Source: Raillietiella orientalis
Lineage: Eukaryota
Direction of reading: 5' to 3'
Assembly: GCA_036172245.1 (NCBI GenBank)
Contig: JAYWIR010000038.1
Span: 1,240,001 to 1,304,000, forward strand
Length of the DNA: 64,000 bases
In this document: one piece after another, positions 1 through 10,599 of the stretch
How the letters are laid out: the number at the start of each line of letters is the position of its first letter
Position numbering within the stretch: the first letter of the stretch is position 1
Notes under the pieces: model-generated
What the model saw: the letters and a program-made list of their open reading frames with translations, nothing else
Databases searched by the model: none
Told to the model about the DNA's origin: nothing
Made by a program: the position numbers and the translations under genes

Positions 1-42
1 ACTAACTCATAACAGTTTTGGAAATTCCTTTCCTTTTTGCAG

Positions 43-102
43 AATCAGTTGGTAGACACTCCAGCATTGGCAGATGTTTTGGTGATACAAGATCTGTGGT
101 GA
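43..102 (+). CDS. Possible terminal coding exon of an upstream gene (NQLVDTPALADVLVIQDLW*), product unknown
   Basis: Branch-point-like ACTAAC (1-6), pyrimidine tract (25-38) and AG acceptor (41-42), then 19 codons to TGA (100-102), with AATAAA at 316-321. The reading phase is unknown (another phase runs to 206) and I recognise no homology. Confidence 0.3.
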   Translation, partial: NQLVDTPALADVLVIQDLW

Positions 103-699
103 GGCCTCACCTTCACCTCCGACCTGAGCACAGAATGAAGAGCGCACCAACTTGTGGCTTAGACAGCTGGTTAAAACAGATGAGCTTCTATCATTCTGAA
201 ACTTGACTCCAGAAGAAAAATAAGACACGGACCACATACGGATGGGCATCACGAATTCTCAAGACCAAGAACATAATCAGAACCACAATGAAGTCGAACC
301 ATTATGGAATGATTGAATAAATTTAAGAATACTTCGTGACGACGTCGCTTCTTCTTGGACCTCGCATCGAGTCTTGACCTTGCTTTTTCTTTGCTCCCAT
401 AAAATCCGCGTTAACCTTTCCAAACCCAACCTTCAAAAAGTGTCTATACGATGAATCGCAACTTCCCAACTTCATGGTTTTCTATTTCTCGTTATATTAC
501 AATTCCTGCTTTGATCCGAACAATTTCAAAAGATTTTCTCCCAAATGTTCCATGTGTAATAAGGACTCCAAGTCTCGGTGTGTTTTACAGTGGGAGTCTT
601 CGGGGTCGCTGAAGGGTCTCACAGGAAACAGAACTTCGGAAGAGTTCAGAAGAGGAAACAAAAGTTTCCCCCCCAAAAGCATGAATTAAAATGATTAAA

Positions 700-1650
700 G
701 AAATGAAAAACAGAAAAAAGGCAGAGAGTAACAAATCTGGGATTCATGCGAAAGCAAATCGTCGATGCAGATGCATGGATTCTAGATGAGAGAGGTATTG
801 ACGGTCGTAAAGTAGGTTTGTTCGGCTAGTTGACGTACTTCCTCTAAGACTACAAGAGTTCCTTAATTCCTGATGTTTTCCCACCTTTTCCGAGTGGCTT
901 TGGATGATTTCAGTCGGTATCGATTCATTTTACACAATGCTACTATCCAAGTCACCTGCCCTATCAGCGTTTCTACGTAACTAAATGGTACTTGATTTTA
1001 ACCACAGTGGCCAACGTGAAAACCAATGTTGTGGCTTATTCTTTGCAGCTGCCTTGCGCTGCTCGTGAAGTTCCGGTATTCTTAACCGTATTAGGGGTAC
1101 GAAATAATAACAAGGAAGCAGATCTTCCTGGAAGAGGACCTTCGATGTTTGGAAAAATCATGGGTGCTGTATGTGCTGAAGGTTGTAGACTTTGTCCACC
1201 ATTGAGCAATAACGCAAGTCCAACACATTTCAATTGGTATTTAATGAATAGCAAAAAGCAAAAGTGTTCCAAAAGAAACTGAAGCAAAACCATGGACTCT
1301 TAGCATGCAGGTTGTAGAAAAATTTCTAAAGGTTTGGAGTTTGAATCCAACATCGAAATGGTCATCCACGGAAATTCTATAGAACTCCTCTTTTTCTTTT
1401 TCTGGAGAAATGCACGTCAAATTCTGATGGTGAAATCAGGTGATGCGCTGGAGCATTAGGTGAACAAATGTTTCAAGGATTAAACAACCGAAAAACGAGG
1501 TTTCGTTGAAAGTGTTCTTTTGCTTTCTCGTGAACACCGAACACCTCAGGCTGTGGAACCCTCCATAAACACCCAGTCGCTGTTATTGGCATCAAAGTTT
1601 CATGCAGAACCTTTCAAATGATGCGAAAACATACCACAGTGAAATTTGGG
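700..1650 (+). mobile_element. Decayed non-LTR retrotransposon (LINE) RT fragment
   Basis: Degenerate RT motifs in collinear order across frames: GFMRK (Q.GFR-like, ~740), AAREVPVFLTVL and AVCAEG in ORF 992-1282 (GVPQGSVL and YADD positions), then VEKFLKVWSLNPTSKWSS (KFLGV.LD..L.W, ~1310-1370). Multiple stops. Confidence 0.4.
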
Positions 1651-2235
1651 GGTTTCGTTTTATTTTTTAAACATAGCGTTACAGTGACAATGTTCACCAT
1701 AAAACAAAACGTACGGAAACAAAAAACCGAGAGGCTTACACGGTGAAAACACACACAAAAAAATGAATGTTAAAGCCCAAATGCAAACAATTCCTAAATA
1801 ACGACTCTGGTCGATTATTCACAAAAGTCATCAAAGTTTATACCTCAAATGATGACAACCAGCAGAGAATGTTACATGAGGTGTGAAATAATTTCTACAA
1901 GAAAAAAATGACCAAACCATAACCTAATGATATGAGAAAAATCGCTTTTTAACAAGATTGCACTGCACTGTTTCCTTTCTGCTAAATTTTGGCACTATAT
2001 TATTCTACGGATACAATGGGAAAACTACTCAACTGAAAGTTATGCAACAAAGGGTTACCTTTTGATAAAAGGAAAATGGCCATCTTGTCAGTGACTACTA
2101 TGACTGCATAGAATTTCAGTGAAAGGCTATGATAACTGTTACATGTGCTTCTTGTATCCCACAGCCACACTGTCTCTCCTATACTCGTATTTTCTATTCA
2201 CACACTACAACTCTGTCTGGGTATCACATCATCAC

Positions 2236-2241
2236 TTTATT
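2236..2241 (-). terminator. Candidate polyadenylation signal (AATAAA) of NGLY1
   Basis: TTTATT on the plus strand, about 190 nt downstream of the NGLY1 stop codon. Confidence 0.4.
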
Positions 2242-2430
2242 ATCACTGACTTTATCTACTCAGATAGGCCAGCTAACAGTCATTCTCAACTTTTCAAAAA
2301 ATGCCTCGACTCAACCACACACAACTGCACCAATGGGATGGTCTTCTCCTCAAACACACAAATCTGGGGCATACGGACTGCTGGCAACCTCTTGTGTATT
2401 TGGAATGAGAGAAACTGCATTATGGAAAAT

Positions 2431-3543
2431 TTATGCTTCACCCCTAGCTATGCGCCAGGCCAGACACCCTGATTTACGGCCTCGTTGCTCTTCTTCATTC
2501 GCAGTTCTTGGGACTAACATGCTAGCTAAGTCACACACCAAACGCTCCTTAATCTGTTGCTTTCTTTCCTGAGAGCAATGCCCTTGAAGATGAGCATTGG
2601 TGGAATCTACTGCTGATAAGAGCCAATATTCACATGCTTCTCTTCTTCTAAGAACAGCCTTAAAATCAGAGGAATAGCGCCATGTGACATCTTGTACTTC
2701 TTCAGGAGAGAAGGCAAATATATAGGAAAGCTTTTTCCCCCAGCCTGATTCATAAAGCAGTGGTTGGTCCCATGCTCCTTCACATGGGTCACAATGTACC
2801 CATCGATCTAGATCTTCAGAAAACACTTCTGTCCAAACATGGTCTGTCCAGTCCACTATAAGCCTTGCTTCTATGCCTAAGCAATAACACAGGAATGTGA
2901 AACAATTAGCCCATTCTCCGCAACGACCCTTTCTTGTGACCAGGAGTTTCATACAGTCATTATAACGGGGGAACCTCACAGTCATGTTACACTCTGAACA
3001 AGAATACAACTCAACTCTGGAAGCTCCATCTTTTAATTCTTCAGCAAGTAGTGTGCCATATTTTTTTCCAGAAGTAGGTTCCAAACACATGGGGCATTCT
3101 GGTGTATCAACCCAAGTGAAGAATTCACTTTTGAACCAATTCATAAGCTGAATGATCAGCAGATCTTTGGAAAGAAATTCGCTCTTCTTGCATGACAGTG
3201 ATAAGGGTGCTAGCTGAGCTTGTACAGTTTCATGCAATCGTTCAAATGGGATGACTTTATATCCTTGCTGAATGTAACCAGGTGTGTTGTATTGGTCGAC
3301 CATTTGTATCTTACTTTGAATATCTCTATACAATTTCTCTTCAAACTGGAAGGACAATTTGAACTTACATTTCAAATCAACTTAAAAATGAAAATCTTTA
3401 TTAATCTTTATTTTTAAACACAACTTTTCTTTTGTTGCAAATAATGAGATTCTCAAACCAAACCATCCCAAGATCATGAATCACACCATTAGCAGTTCAT
3501 TTAATATGCATACCTGCTTCATGCTACTTCCTTGCAATGCCAT
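2431..3543 (-). CDS. NGLY1: Peptide-N(4)-(N-acetyl-beta-glucosaminyl)asparagine amidase (cytosolic PNGase), transglutaminase-like core; predicted exons 3543-3514 and 3345-2431 (~314 aa)
   Basis: Diagnostic motifs WFKSEFFTWV, Zn pairs CPMC and CSEC, RFPRYN, TRKGRCGEWANCF (catalytic Cys), DHVWTEV (His), HCDPCE (Asp), LYESGWGKKLSY, DVTWRY and GRKSGCLAWRIARGE. Acceptor ttgtccttccAG precedes 3345. Upstream mini-exon ATG-MALQGSSMKQ ends at a GTATGC donor, giving a phase-0 intron at 3513-3346. The 5' exon assignment is less certain than the main exon. Confidence 0.95.
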
Positions 3544-3849
3544 CGGATATAAATGCACTATTCGGCAACTATGGAAACAGGTACTTTTATGGTGTCATCA
3601 TCAAAACTGTCAACTACATTATCTAGCAATCACATTCCCTAAAACAAAATGGTGATCATGAGATATAATATTTTACGCATGTAGATTCAAGCTGAGGGGG
3701 GGAAATGGGGGGGGGGGCATTAACACCTGCTGACGAAACCATTTAATATCGCTTTCCATATTTTGGATAAACTGATTACAACATTCCCTTTTGAGAACCA
3801 TCGGCATGAACGGATAAACGAACACATCTTAACAAGGAGAATATGGTGA

Positions 3850-6350
3850 GACGGGGTCTGCTTTCAGCTTTGCTGGTAACAAAACTTAAGCAACACTCCA
3901 TTCACAAGTTGCGATTCATACGAATCCAATTCTCATCAACACCTTGAACACGTAATACACCTCAGAGCATCGTGCACGCCTACACCGATTAGACTTAGCA
4001 CACATGCCGTACCTATCTGTGTGCACACAACATACACATGCAAACACTGTACACTCAGCTGTGAAGTGGAGGAGTCCGAGGATTATCAGCACAGGTTTAC
4101 GTGGTTTACCACTGCATTCGATTCCTATCCTCATTCTATTTTTCAGGCGGCAATACGTGCCATATGAACGTTTGCTCGTGTTCGAACAGAAAGAAAATGT
4201 ATATGACCTCGCAAAATATTTGATCGCGTGATCCCTCATGTAGCATGATGTCATGGAGATTTAGAGCGGCGTTTTTCGAATGAATGAAATTATCATCGCA
4301 TTTTGAAAGCACCACGTGGGCAATTGCGATCCGAAAGAAACACAAGGAACAATGGAGGAGCAGTTGGGACATGGAAGGGATTTAATAAATCCACGTGGAC
4401 TTTTCCAGAAAAGACGTTTACTCACAAGTGACTGATCTCCTTACCAGCGGCGACTCTGGAGCAAATCTGCAAAACGGCTCCCTGGATTTAGATTTAGAAT
4501 CCGTGCTGCCACATCACCCTTGTTGTTCATGTTCTCTCGTGCCCATTTCGAGCAGCAGCAAGCAAACAAAAGTTGTCCCGAAGGAAAAACTGCTCACAAT
4601 CACAGATTTTTGCTCACAGTACCGTCAGTTACTTGGACTTTATGCCGGATAAATTATTTTCGTGGGTGCCGGCTGCATTTCGTTTTCGAAAAGTCTACCA
4701 TTGATCAACATCGAGCTTTAGAAACGAAAGGCACCTTCCATACTTGTTGAAGTTAGACATGAGAAAGCTAAACAGACGGTTCTTGGAAGGTATATCTGTG
4801 TTAAGCTAGGAGGGAAGAATTCTCACCATCTTTAAAAGAGTTGCTTATTTGCTTACTTGGCTGTGCTTAGTTGCTCATAAAGCAGGTCATCATGTAAGCA
4901 TGGAGTCTTTCATACTGATTCAGACACAGTAAGCAATCATAATCATGTCTAACTGAGCTACATACAATTACAATGTCTATTTGTCACAACGCATATTCCG
5001 TTGCTATATTTGCGTGTTCCTAGACAGTGTGTCGGGAAACTCCTTTCGGTAACATAGTTACTTGCTAAACTTATTTTTGCGGATGACAAAACGCCTTTTA
5101 TAACCAGCATTAGGAAAGAATTTTCAAAGCGTTCCAAGTCAACCGAGATATTTTCACTAATTCTCCACGAGGATGCCAACATTCCGATTCACCGCACTCC
5201 GATGAGAGTCGGTGCAATTCCTGAACGCGCACGCCATATGTCGGTCTGGAGAAGATACCCCGCCATGTGTTCCACGAATTCCGTCGTCTTTCCCCATGTC
5301 GATGGCCGATGTTCTTCCGTCTTCTGTTCCTCTTGTCATAGATACACTACGTGGAGCAGAATTGCTTGCTGATCTTATGTTTGCAGCGGAAAAAAAATAG
5401 AAAAAGAGAGAGAGAGAGAGAGAAAGGAAAGCAAATCGTAACGAAGAAGCATTTTTCAGGAGAGGGAGAACTGTTGCTGTTATGGCTTGCAAGTTCTCGA
5501 CTGAAGGCCATAGGTGGAGATGAGAGGCTGGGCGTAATCTTTACGAGCGGGTCGTTTTATCACACATCAAAGACAACAGTGGTTTCCTCAGTTCCCCATT
5601 CTCTGTCCGCCATCTGCACTGAACAGAGCAATAAGAATTGGGGGAATGGGCACGTGGCTTAGCAGGCAGCGAAAGATCGGAATAGGAAGCAAAGCGCGGG
5701 ATTGCGGTGGAAGACTGATGGATTCCTTTCGGATTTTTCTGATCTCTGGCAGAGTTCCAGTGGGGTAGTGGTGACATCCACAGTGGTGTGGTGTGCCACC
5801 GCGCCATTCTCGTCGATCCTCGCCTCCAAGCGCCACCGCTTTCCGCGATGCTCATCCAGCCTCAGGAACGAGCGACAAGGAAGTGCTACAGAGGATGCAG
5901 CGCATTCGCCGATACGGAACGCGGCCGCCCGGCATCCCAGTGACCGCTAGGGATTAGTGGGTACGGACGCCAGGTGCCAGGTGCCTCCGCTGCTGCGCTT
6001 TGTGGTCGTCGCTCGTTCCGCGGGAGCAGAGCCCCTGCGTCGAAGGGAAGGGCGTTTCCTGGAAGTCTCTCCTGCTAGGCAGGCAGCAGTGGCAGGATGC
6101 ACCCGGCGCGCGCTCCCATTCGACGTCCTTCCGCGCTCCGGTTGGCTCGCCTCGTCCCGGTGGTTGAAGAGGGAGGAAGGAAGCCAACCTCCGGGCGGGG
6201 CAGCGAACCGGAAGTCCGCTCTGGGAGAGCAGAGCCAATGCTCTCACTAGGGACCGGGGCGAGGAGGCGGGGCTGCTCCTCTAGGAAGGAAGATACCTCT
6301 CCGAGTCTTGCGGAGTCTCGACGGAGCAGAAGACGACATCCGGAGCTCCT
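3850..6350 (-). mobile_element. Decayed LINE ORF2 relic (linker-RT-RNase H; I-group-like architecture)
   Basis: Collinear motifs on the minus strand: ITATVLPLLK (WK.A.V.P..K), ANIRSASNS (NYRPISL), ACAFR (GFR), ISVDLERFENSF (D..KAFD), SNYVTERSF (FL..RSF), LHDDL (YADD, ~4885-4900), RFLKLDVD (KFLG..D), then RNase H-like LHEGS, LIILGLLHF, VHTDR and W...KAD. Many frameshifts and stops. Confidence 0.65.
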
Positions 6351-9300
6351 GTGGGGTTCCCGCAGGCAAACTGCGAGGATACGGGAGCATCCGCAGTGGT
6401 CGCGAGTGGAGGAGGAGGATCCCCTTCTCTTCCCTTCCTCCCTCTCCCCTTTCGCCATCACAGCCTTCCGTTGCTCCCAACAAAGAGACTCCTCCGCTGA
6501 ACCGGGAGCTCAGGAGCTACAGGTCCGGATCTCTCATCCTCCTCCTCCCGGAAGTGGAGTGCCAGCCTCCTCCTCTGTCAGCATCCTCTTCTCCGGCGCC
6601 CCACCCTTGAAGTCATCTTCCCATCCTACGTCCATTCCTCACGATTCTATTTTTTGTGTTCCTCTTTTCTCCCTGCTCGTGTTGCTACTTCCCAAGGTCA
6701 GGGGGGAATCAGACGAGAAGGAGAAGGAAGGGACGTCCCTACTTCTTTCCTCTCCCCCTCCCTCCCCCAGTTCCTAAGCGCCTCTCCGAATGACCCGAAA
6801 AAGGGGAAGGGCGCCGACCTCCCCTGGAGGGGGAGTGACGCCCTTCAGATCCCTACAAGCCAACCCATCTGAACGGAGAGGGGGACGTCGCATGGGTTGT
6901 CTGGAAGGAATTCTCAGAGGGGAGAAGGCACAAAGCGGAGAGGAGGGAAGGATGGGTGGAGTGGGGCTGGGGTTTGCTCCTCGAGGGCAGGGGTCCTCAT
7001 GCTCGTCGCCTCAAGACCCAGGAAGGTGCCCTCAAGACCCAGGCAGGGCCAGACGTCGCCTTAGGCGAATGGGTGCTCCCCCTTGTACCCAGGACGAGTT
7101 GCTGGGTCGGAAGGGGGAGGACACCCCTTCCTTCACCGCTTCTGCTCCTTCGCCGCGCTGTTGCCATCTGCAGGTGAGAAAAAACAAAGAGGGGGGGGAT
7201 AGGAAAGGAAAGGCAGGGAAAAGGGCCTCGAGGAAGTTCCCCCGGGAGTGCGCACGCGCAGGCGCACGCGCGCTTGCTTGCATGCATGCCAGGTTTCGAG
7301 TTGCGTCCCCTTCCCCATTCTCTCCCCCCCCTTTCCTCCCTCCTTTCCGCTCCCCTCCGTTCCCGCTGGCCGCGTTCCGGGCGATTCCACCGCGGAGGTG
7401 GTGCGCGCTGTCGCCCCGCTCTCGAGAGAGGGGGAAGGGGAGAGGAGTGGGGAGACGAGGGGGCGGGAAGTGGGAGGGCGGGCGGGGTAGCCTCAGGGAA
7501 GGAATTCCGGTTCCCGCCGCTTCCACGGGAAGTGAGGAGCGTGGCGGGGGGAATCGGAAGCGGCCTGCATTGCCGCCGCGATGCCGGAAGTCCAGGGGGC
7601 TAGCTGGTTCCTTCCTTCCTGTCTTCTCCCCCGTTGCTCCCCTTCCCGGCCGCGCCCTTGCCCCGAGGCGAGCAGCGGACTGCGGACTGGGCCTTCCCCG
7701 GCCGAGGTAGTCCGGGGGAGAGGGATGCTTCCTGACTAGCTCTTGTTCTCAGTCCCTCCTCCTCCGCAGGTCACTTCGACCCCCTTTCCGTCGGAGCGCC
7801 ATGAGACAAGGGGGGGTGGATCAGGGCCGCTCTCTCTCCCCGTTCCTCGTCGCCGTCCCGCCCAGAGGGGAGAGGTGGCCTCCGGGGGCATCCTTGCCTG
7901 CGTCGCGGGCTGACCCCGCCTTCTCCGCAAACCTAGAGAGCGGTGCCCGGGGAATCTGGAAGGCGCAGCGAGACGCGCGCCACCGACGCGTCGCGGGCTG
8001 AGGGGGAAGCGACGTGGCGGATCGGCCGGCGACCTTCCAGCCGAGAGCGGCGAGCCAGCAGTGATTAACCGCGCTCGCTCGCTCGTCCGCGCGCGCGTGA
8101 GGGCGGACGGGTGCGCGGATCGATCGATCGCACCCTTCCTCCTCCCCTCCCCTCCCCCCTCCACTCTCCCTCCCCTTCCCGTTTCAGGTGGGGAAGGGAC
8201 GGAGAGGATGATTTTACGGTTGCCGGAGCAGCGCGAATGGCTGGGGCAACTCGGTCTTTCTTGTTCAAGTGGCTGGAAGAAGCTCGCGATTCCCGAAAAT
8301 GCCCGCCCCCCCTTCCCTGAACAAACAAGGAAAAAAAAACACACACACAAAAAAATACGAAAAAAAAAAAAATTTCGGCCTTTTTGTTTTCGAAAGGAAG
8401 GAGGAGGAGGAGGAAGGAGAAAGGGAAGCAAAGCGGCAGGCGCACACTCGGGGTCGCAACAAAGCGCGAGGGGTCCCTGCCACCTGCCCCCCCAAGGATG
8501 AGGAGGAGCGCGCGGGTGCGGAGGTCCTCGACCGGAGGAGTGGGAACGGCGACGGGCGCGGGCGGCAGCGTTCCTTTCGAAGAGGCGGCGTATGCTTGCG
8601 CACCTCGCAGCAGCTCGGGCGGCGGCGCCTTCCCGGAGCGCCCGGTCCCTCTGGTGCCGACCCGAACCTCCGATGCCGCCTCGCCGCGAAGCGGTGACTC
8701 CCTCCCTCCCTTGACCGCATGAGGGGAGGGGGGCGTCCCCGGCCACCCACCCACTCTGCAGGAGGAGCTCGTAAGTACGGATGCTTTGCTCGCCTCGGGG
8801 GGGAGGGAGCGCTTCTGCGGACCTCCCTCTTTCGGGAAAGAGAGTGGCGCCCTCTTTGGATGGGCGGTGGACCCGCCGACGAGCTTCGACCAGCCGCCGC
8901 CCGGCGCGCTGCAGCGGCAGCTCCTTGCTGTGCGAGCGAGAGCGGCCGTTCTTCCTCCCCCGCGGAAAGGGGGCCCGGATGAACCAGAGGTCGCGTGAAA
9001 CCCTTCGGGAAGCGGAGGCGCTCCCGGCGTTTGCGGTCGCTGCCCCTCTCGTAGGGACCTGTTTCGTGACAGGAAGCGGGGGCGAATTCCCCCTCGCTGC
9101 CGATGAAGCCAGGAGACGGGCACCACCTGGCGCATTCCGGCAGCAGACCAACGGCTTTTTCGCGTCTCTCGCAGGTCCAAACGGACGGACGCTCTCCTTT
9201 CCTCCTCCATCTCTTTTTTTTTTTATCTGAGATCTCATCGAGAAGGATGGGCGCTAGAGGTCAATTATCCTCCGCCCTCTCCCAAGTTGCTAAAGCAACG

Positions 9301-9409
9301 CAGAAAAAAAAAAAAAAGGGAAAGAAGACCGCCTGCTGCAAGACCGACAACCGGAGGAACGCGACCTTTGCTGCCTCAACAAGACTTTGTGGTCGTCGAG
9401 GAGGGACGA

Positions 9410-10153
9410 AAAGTGACCCGCGTCGGCAATGCCGTGAGGCTGCGGCTTGCGTACGCGGCACCGAGCGTCGCGGGTTCGAATCCCTCCCGGAGAAAGTTCG
9501 AAACGCCGAGAACAGGGGAGTGCGTCGTGAGTTTTGATTCCCCCCCCCCCCCGACTCCCCTCAAGATGACTCTGGTTGGTCCATAAGTTTCGGTGAGGCT
9601 CTGGTGTAAACCGGGTTTGAAATTTGACCCTCTGGGGTCCTTCCGGGAATCACGGAGCTTCAGAGTTTCCCTTCATTTGTGCAAACAGAGTCGCCCTCAT
9701 CTCCCTCCCCTACTTTGAGGGGGACTCTCTAACGCCTTCTATAGAGCTGGTTCACTCCCTCGGGTGGTTTCTTTCCAGAGTGTCGGAAAGGCGCTGCTCC
9801 CTTCGGGGATCGCCCTTCAAGGGAATGAACAAGGAGCGTTCTCCATGAACTAGGGAGTCTCCCAGGAGACTACCAGGAGGAGGGGAGTTCCCTTCGACGT
9901 TCCCTCCGAAGAGTCAGAGAGGAACGGACTCCTTTCTCCGAGACCTTCTCGGATGAATCGGTCAGGGGGACAACCCCGGATGAATCGGATGGGAAGCCAT
10001 TGACCCCCTGACCGAGTCGCATGCACCCTTGGGTGTCGTGGAGGAACTCTAAGGACCCTCCGTCGAGCCTCCCTGGTGTCCCTCCCCCTCCTCGAAGAGG
10101 CGCATGGCTCTTCTGGACTTCTTGAGACCCCTCGCCCCCCTCCAAAAAAAAAA
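9410..10153 (+). mobile_element. tRNA-box-bearing interspersed repeat (SINE-like family), copy A
   Basis: GCGGCACCGAGCGTCGCG followed by B-box GGTTCGAATCC (9473-9483). The body is similar to the copies at ~25.8-26.5, 49.0-49.7 and 63.0-63.8 kb. Shared 3' block GAGTCGCATGCACCCT (10014-10029) and an A-run end. Confidence 0.7.
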
Positions 10154-10599
10154 GTGGCCCTTGACGCCGCTGCGCTTGTCCAGAAGGACGGAGGTCATCC
10201 GCGCATTCCTAGGAAACAAGGAGAGGATTTCGAGACCGAGGCAGACGCATACAGAGGGAGCAGCAGAGACGGGAAGAAGCCTTCCAGGTCTCTGCGCGAG
10301 AAAGAGAGAAGGGGGCCCGTTGCCCTTCCGCAGCTCGCAGCAGGTCCGGGAGCAGACCGCGATCGCAAGGGCGCTCCAGCTGCCCTTCGATGCTCCGGGA
10401 ACCGCTCGGAAGGGCGTTCGCTTCTTCGGAGCTAACCGTTCCCCCCTTCCCTTTGGAGCTCTTCTACCACTCGGGGCAGCAGCAGTAGCATTCATGTGGG
10501 GCCGCAGTGGACGGACCAGCTCGAGGCCAGTGACCTCACGCACCGCCTGCTCTCTCATCCTTCCTCCCCGTTCCCGACGGGAGAAGACCCTTAGTTCCG

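Noticed and set aside
7736..9238. 500-aa ORF and many similar 200-450 aa ORFs across the GC domain
   Set aside because: They overlap in all frames, run through poly-A/T tracts and show no recognisable domains; stop codons are scarce at ~65% GC.
9440..9500. tRNA gene (also 11102, 49059, 63007)
   Set aside because: Only a B-box/T-arm is evident. I could not build a cloverleaf, and the sites at 9473, 49059 and 63007 are embedded in copies of a longer repeat.
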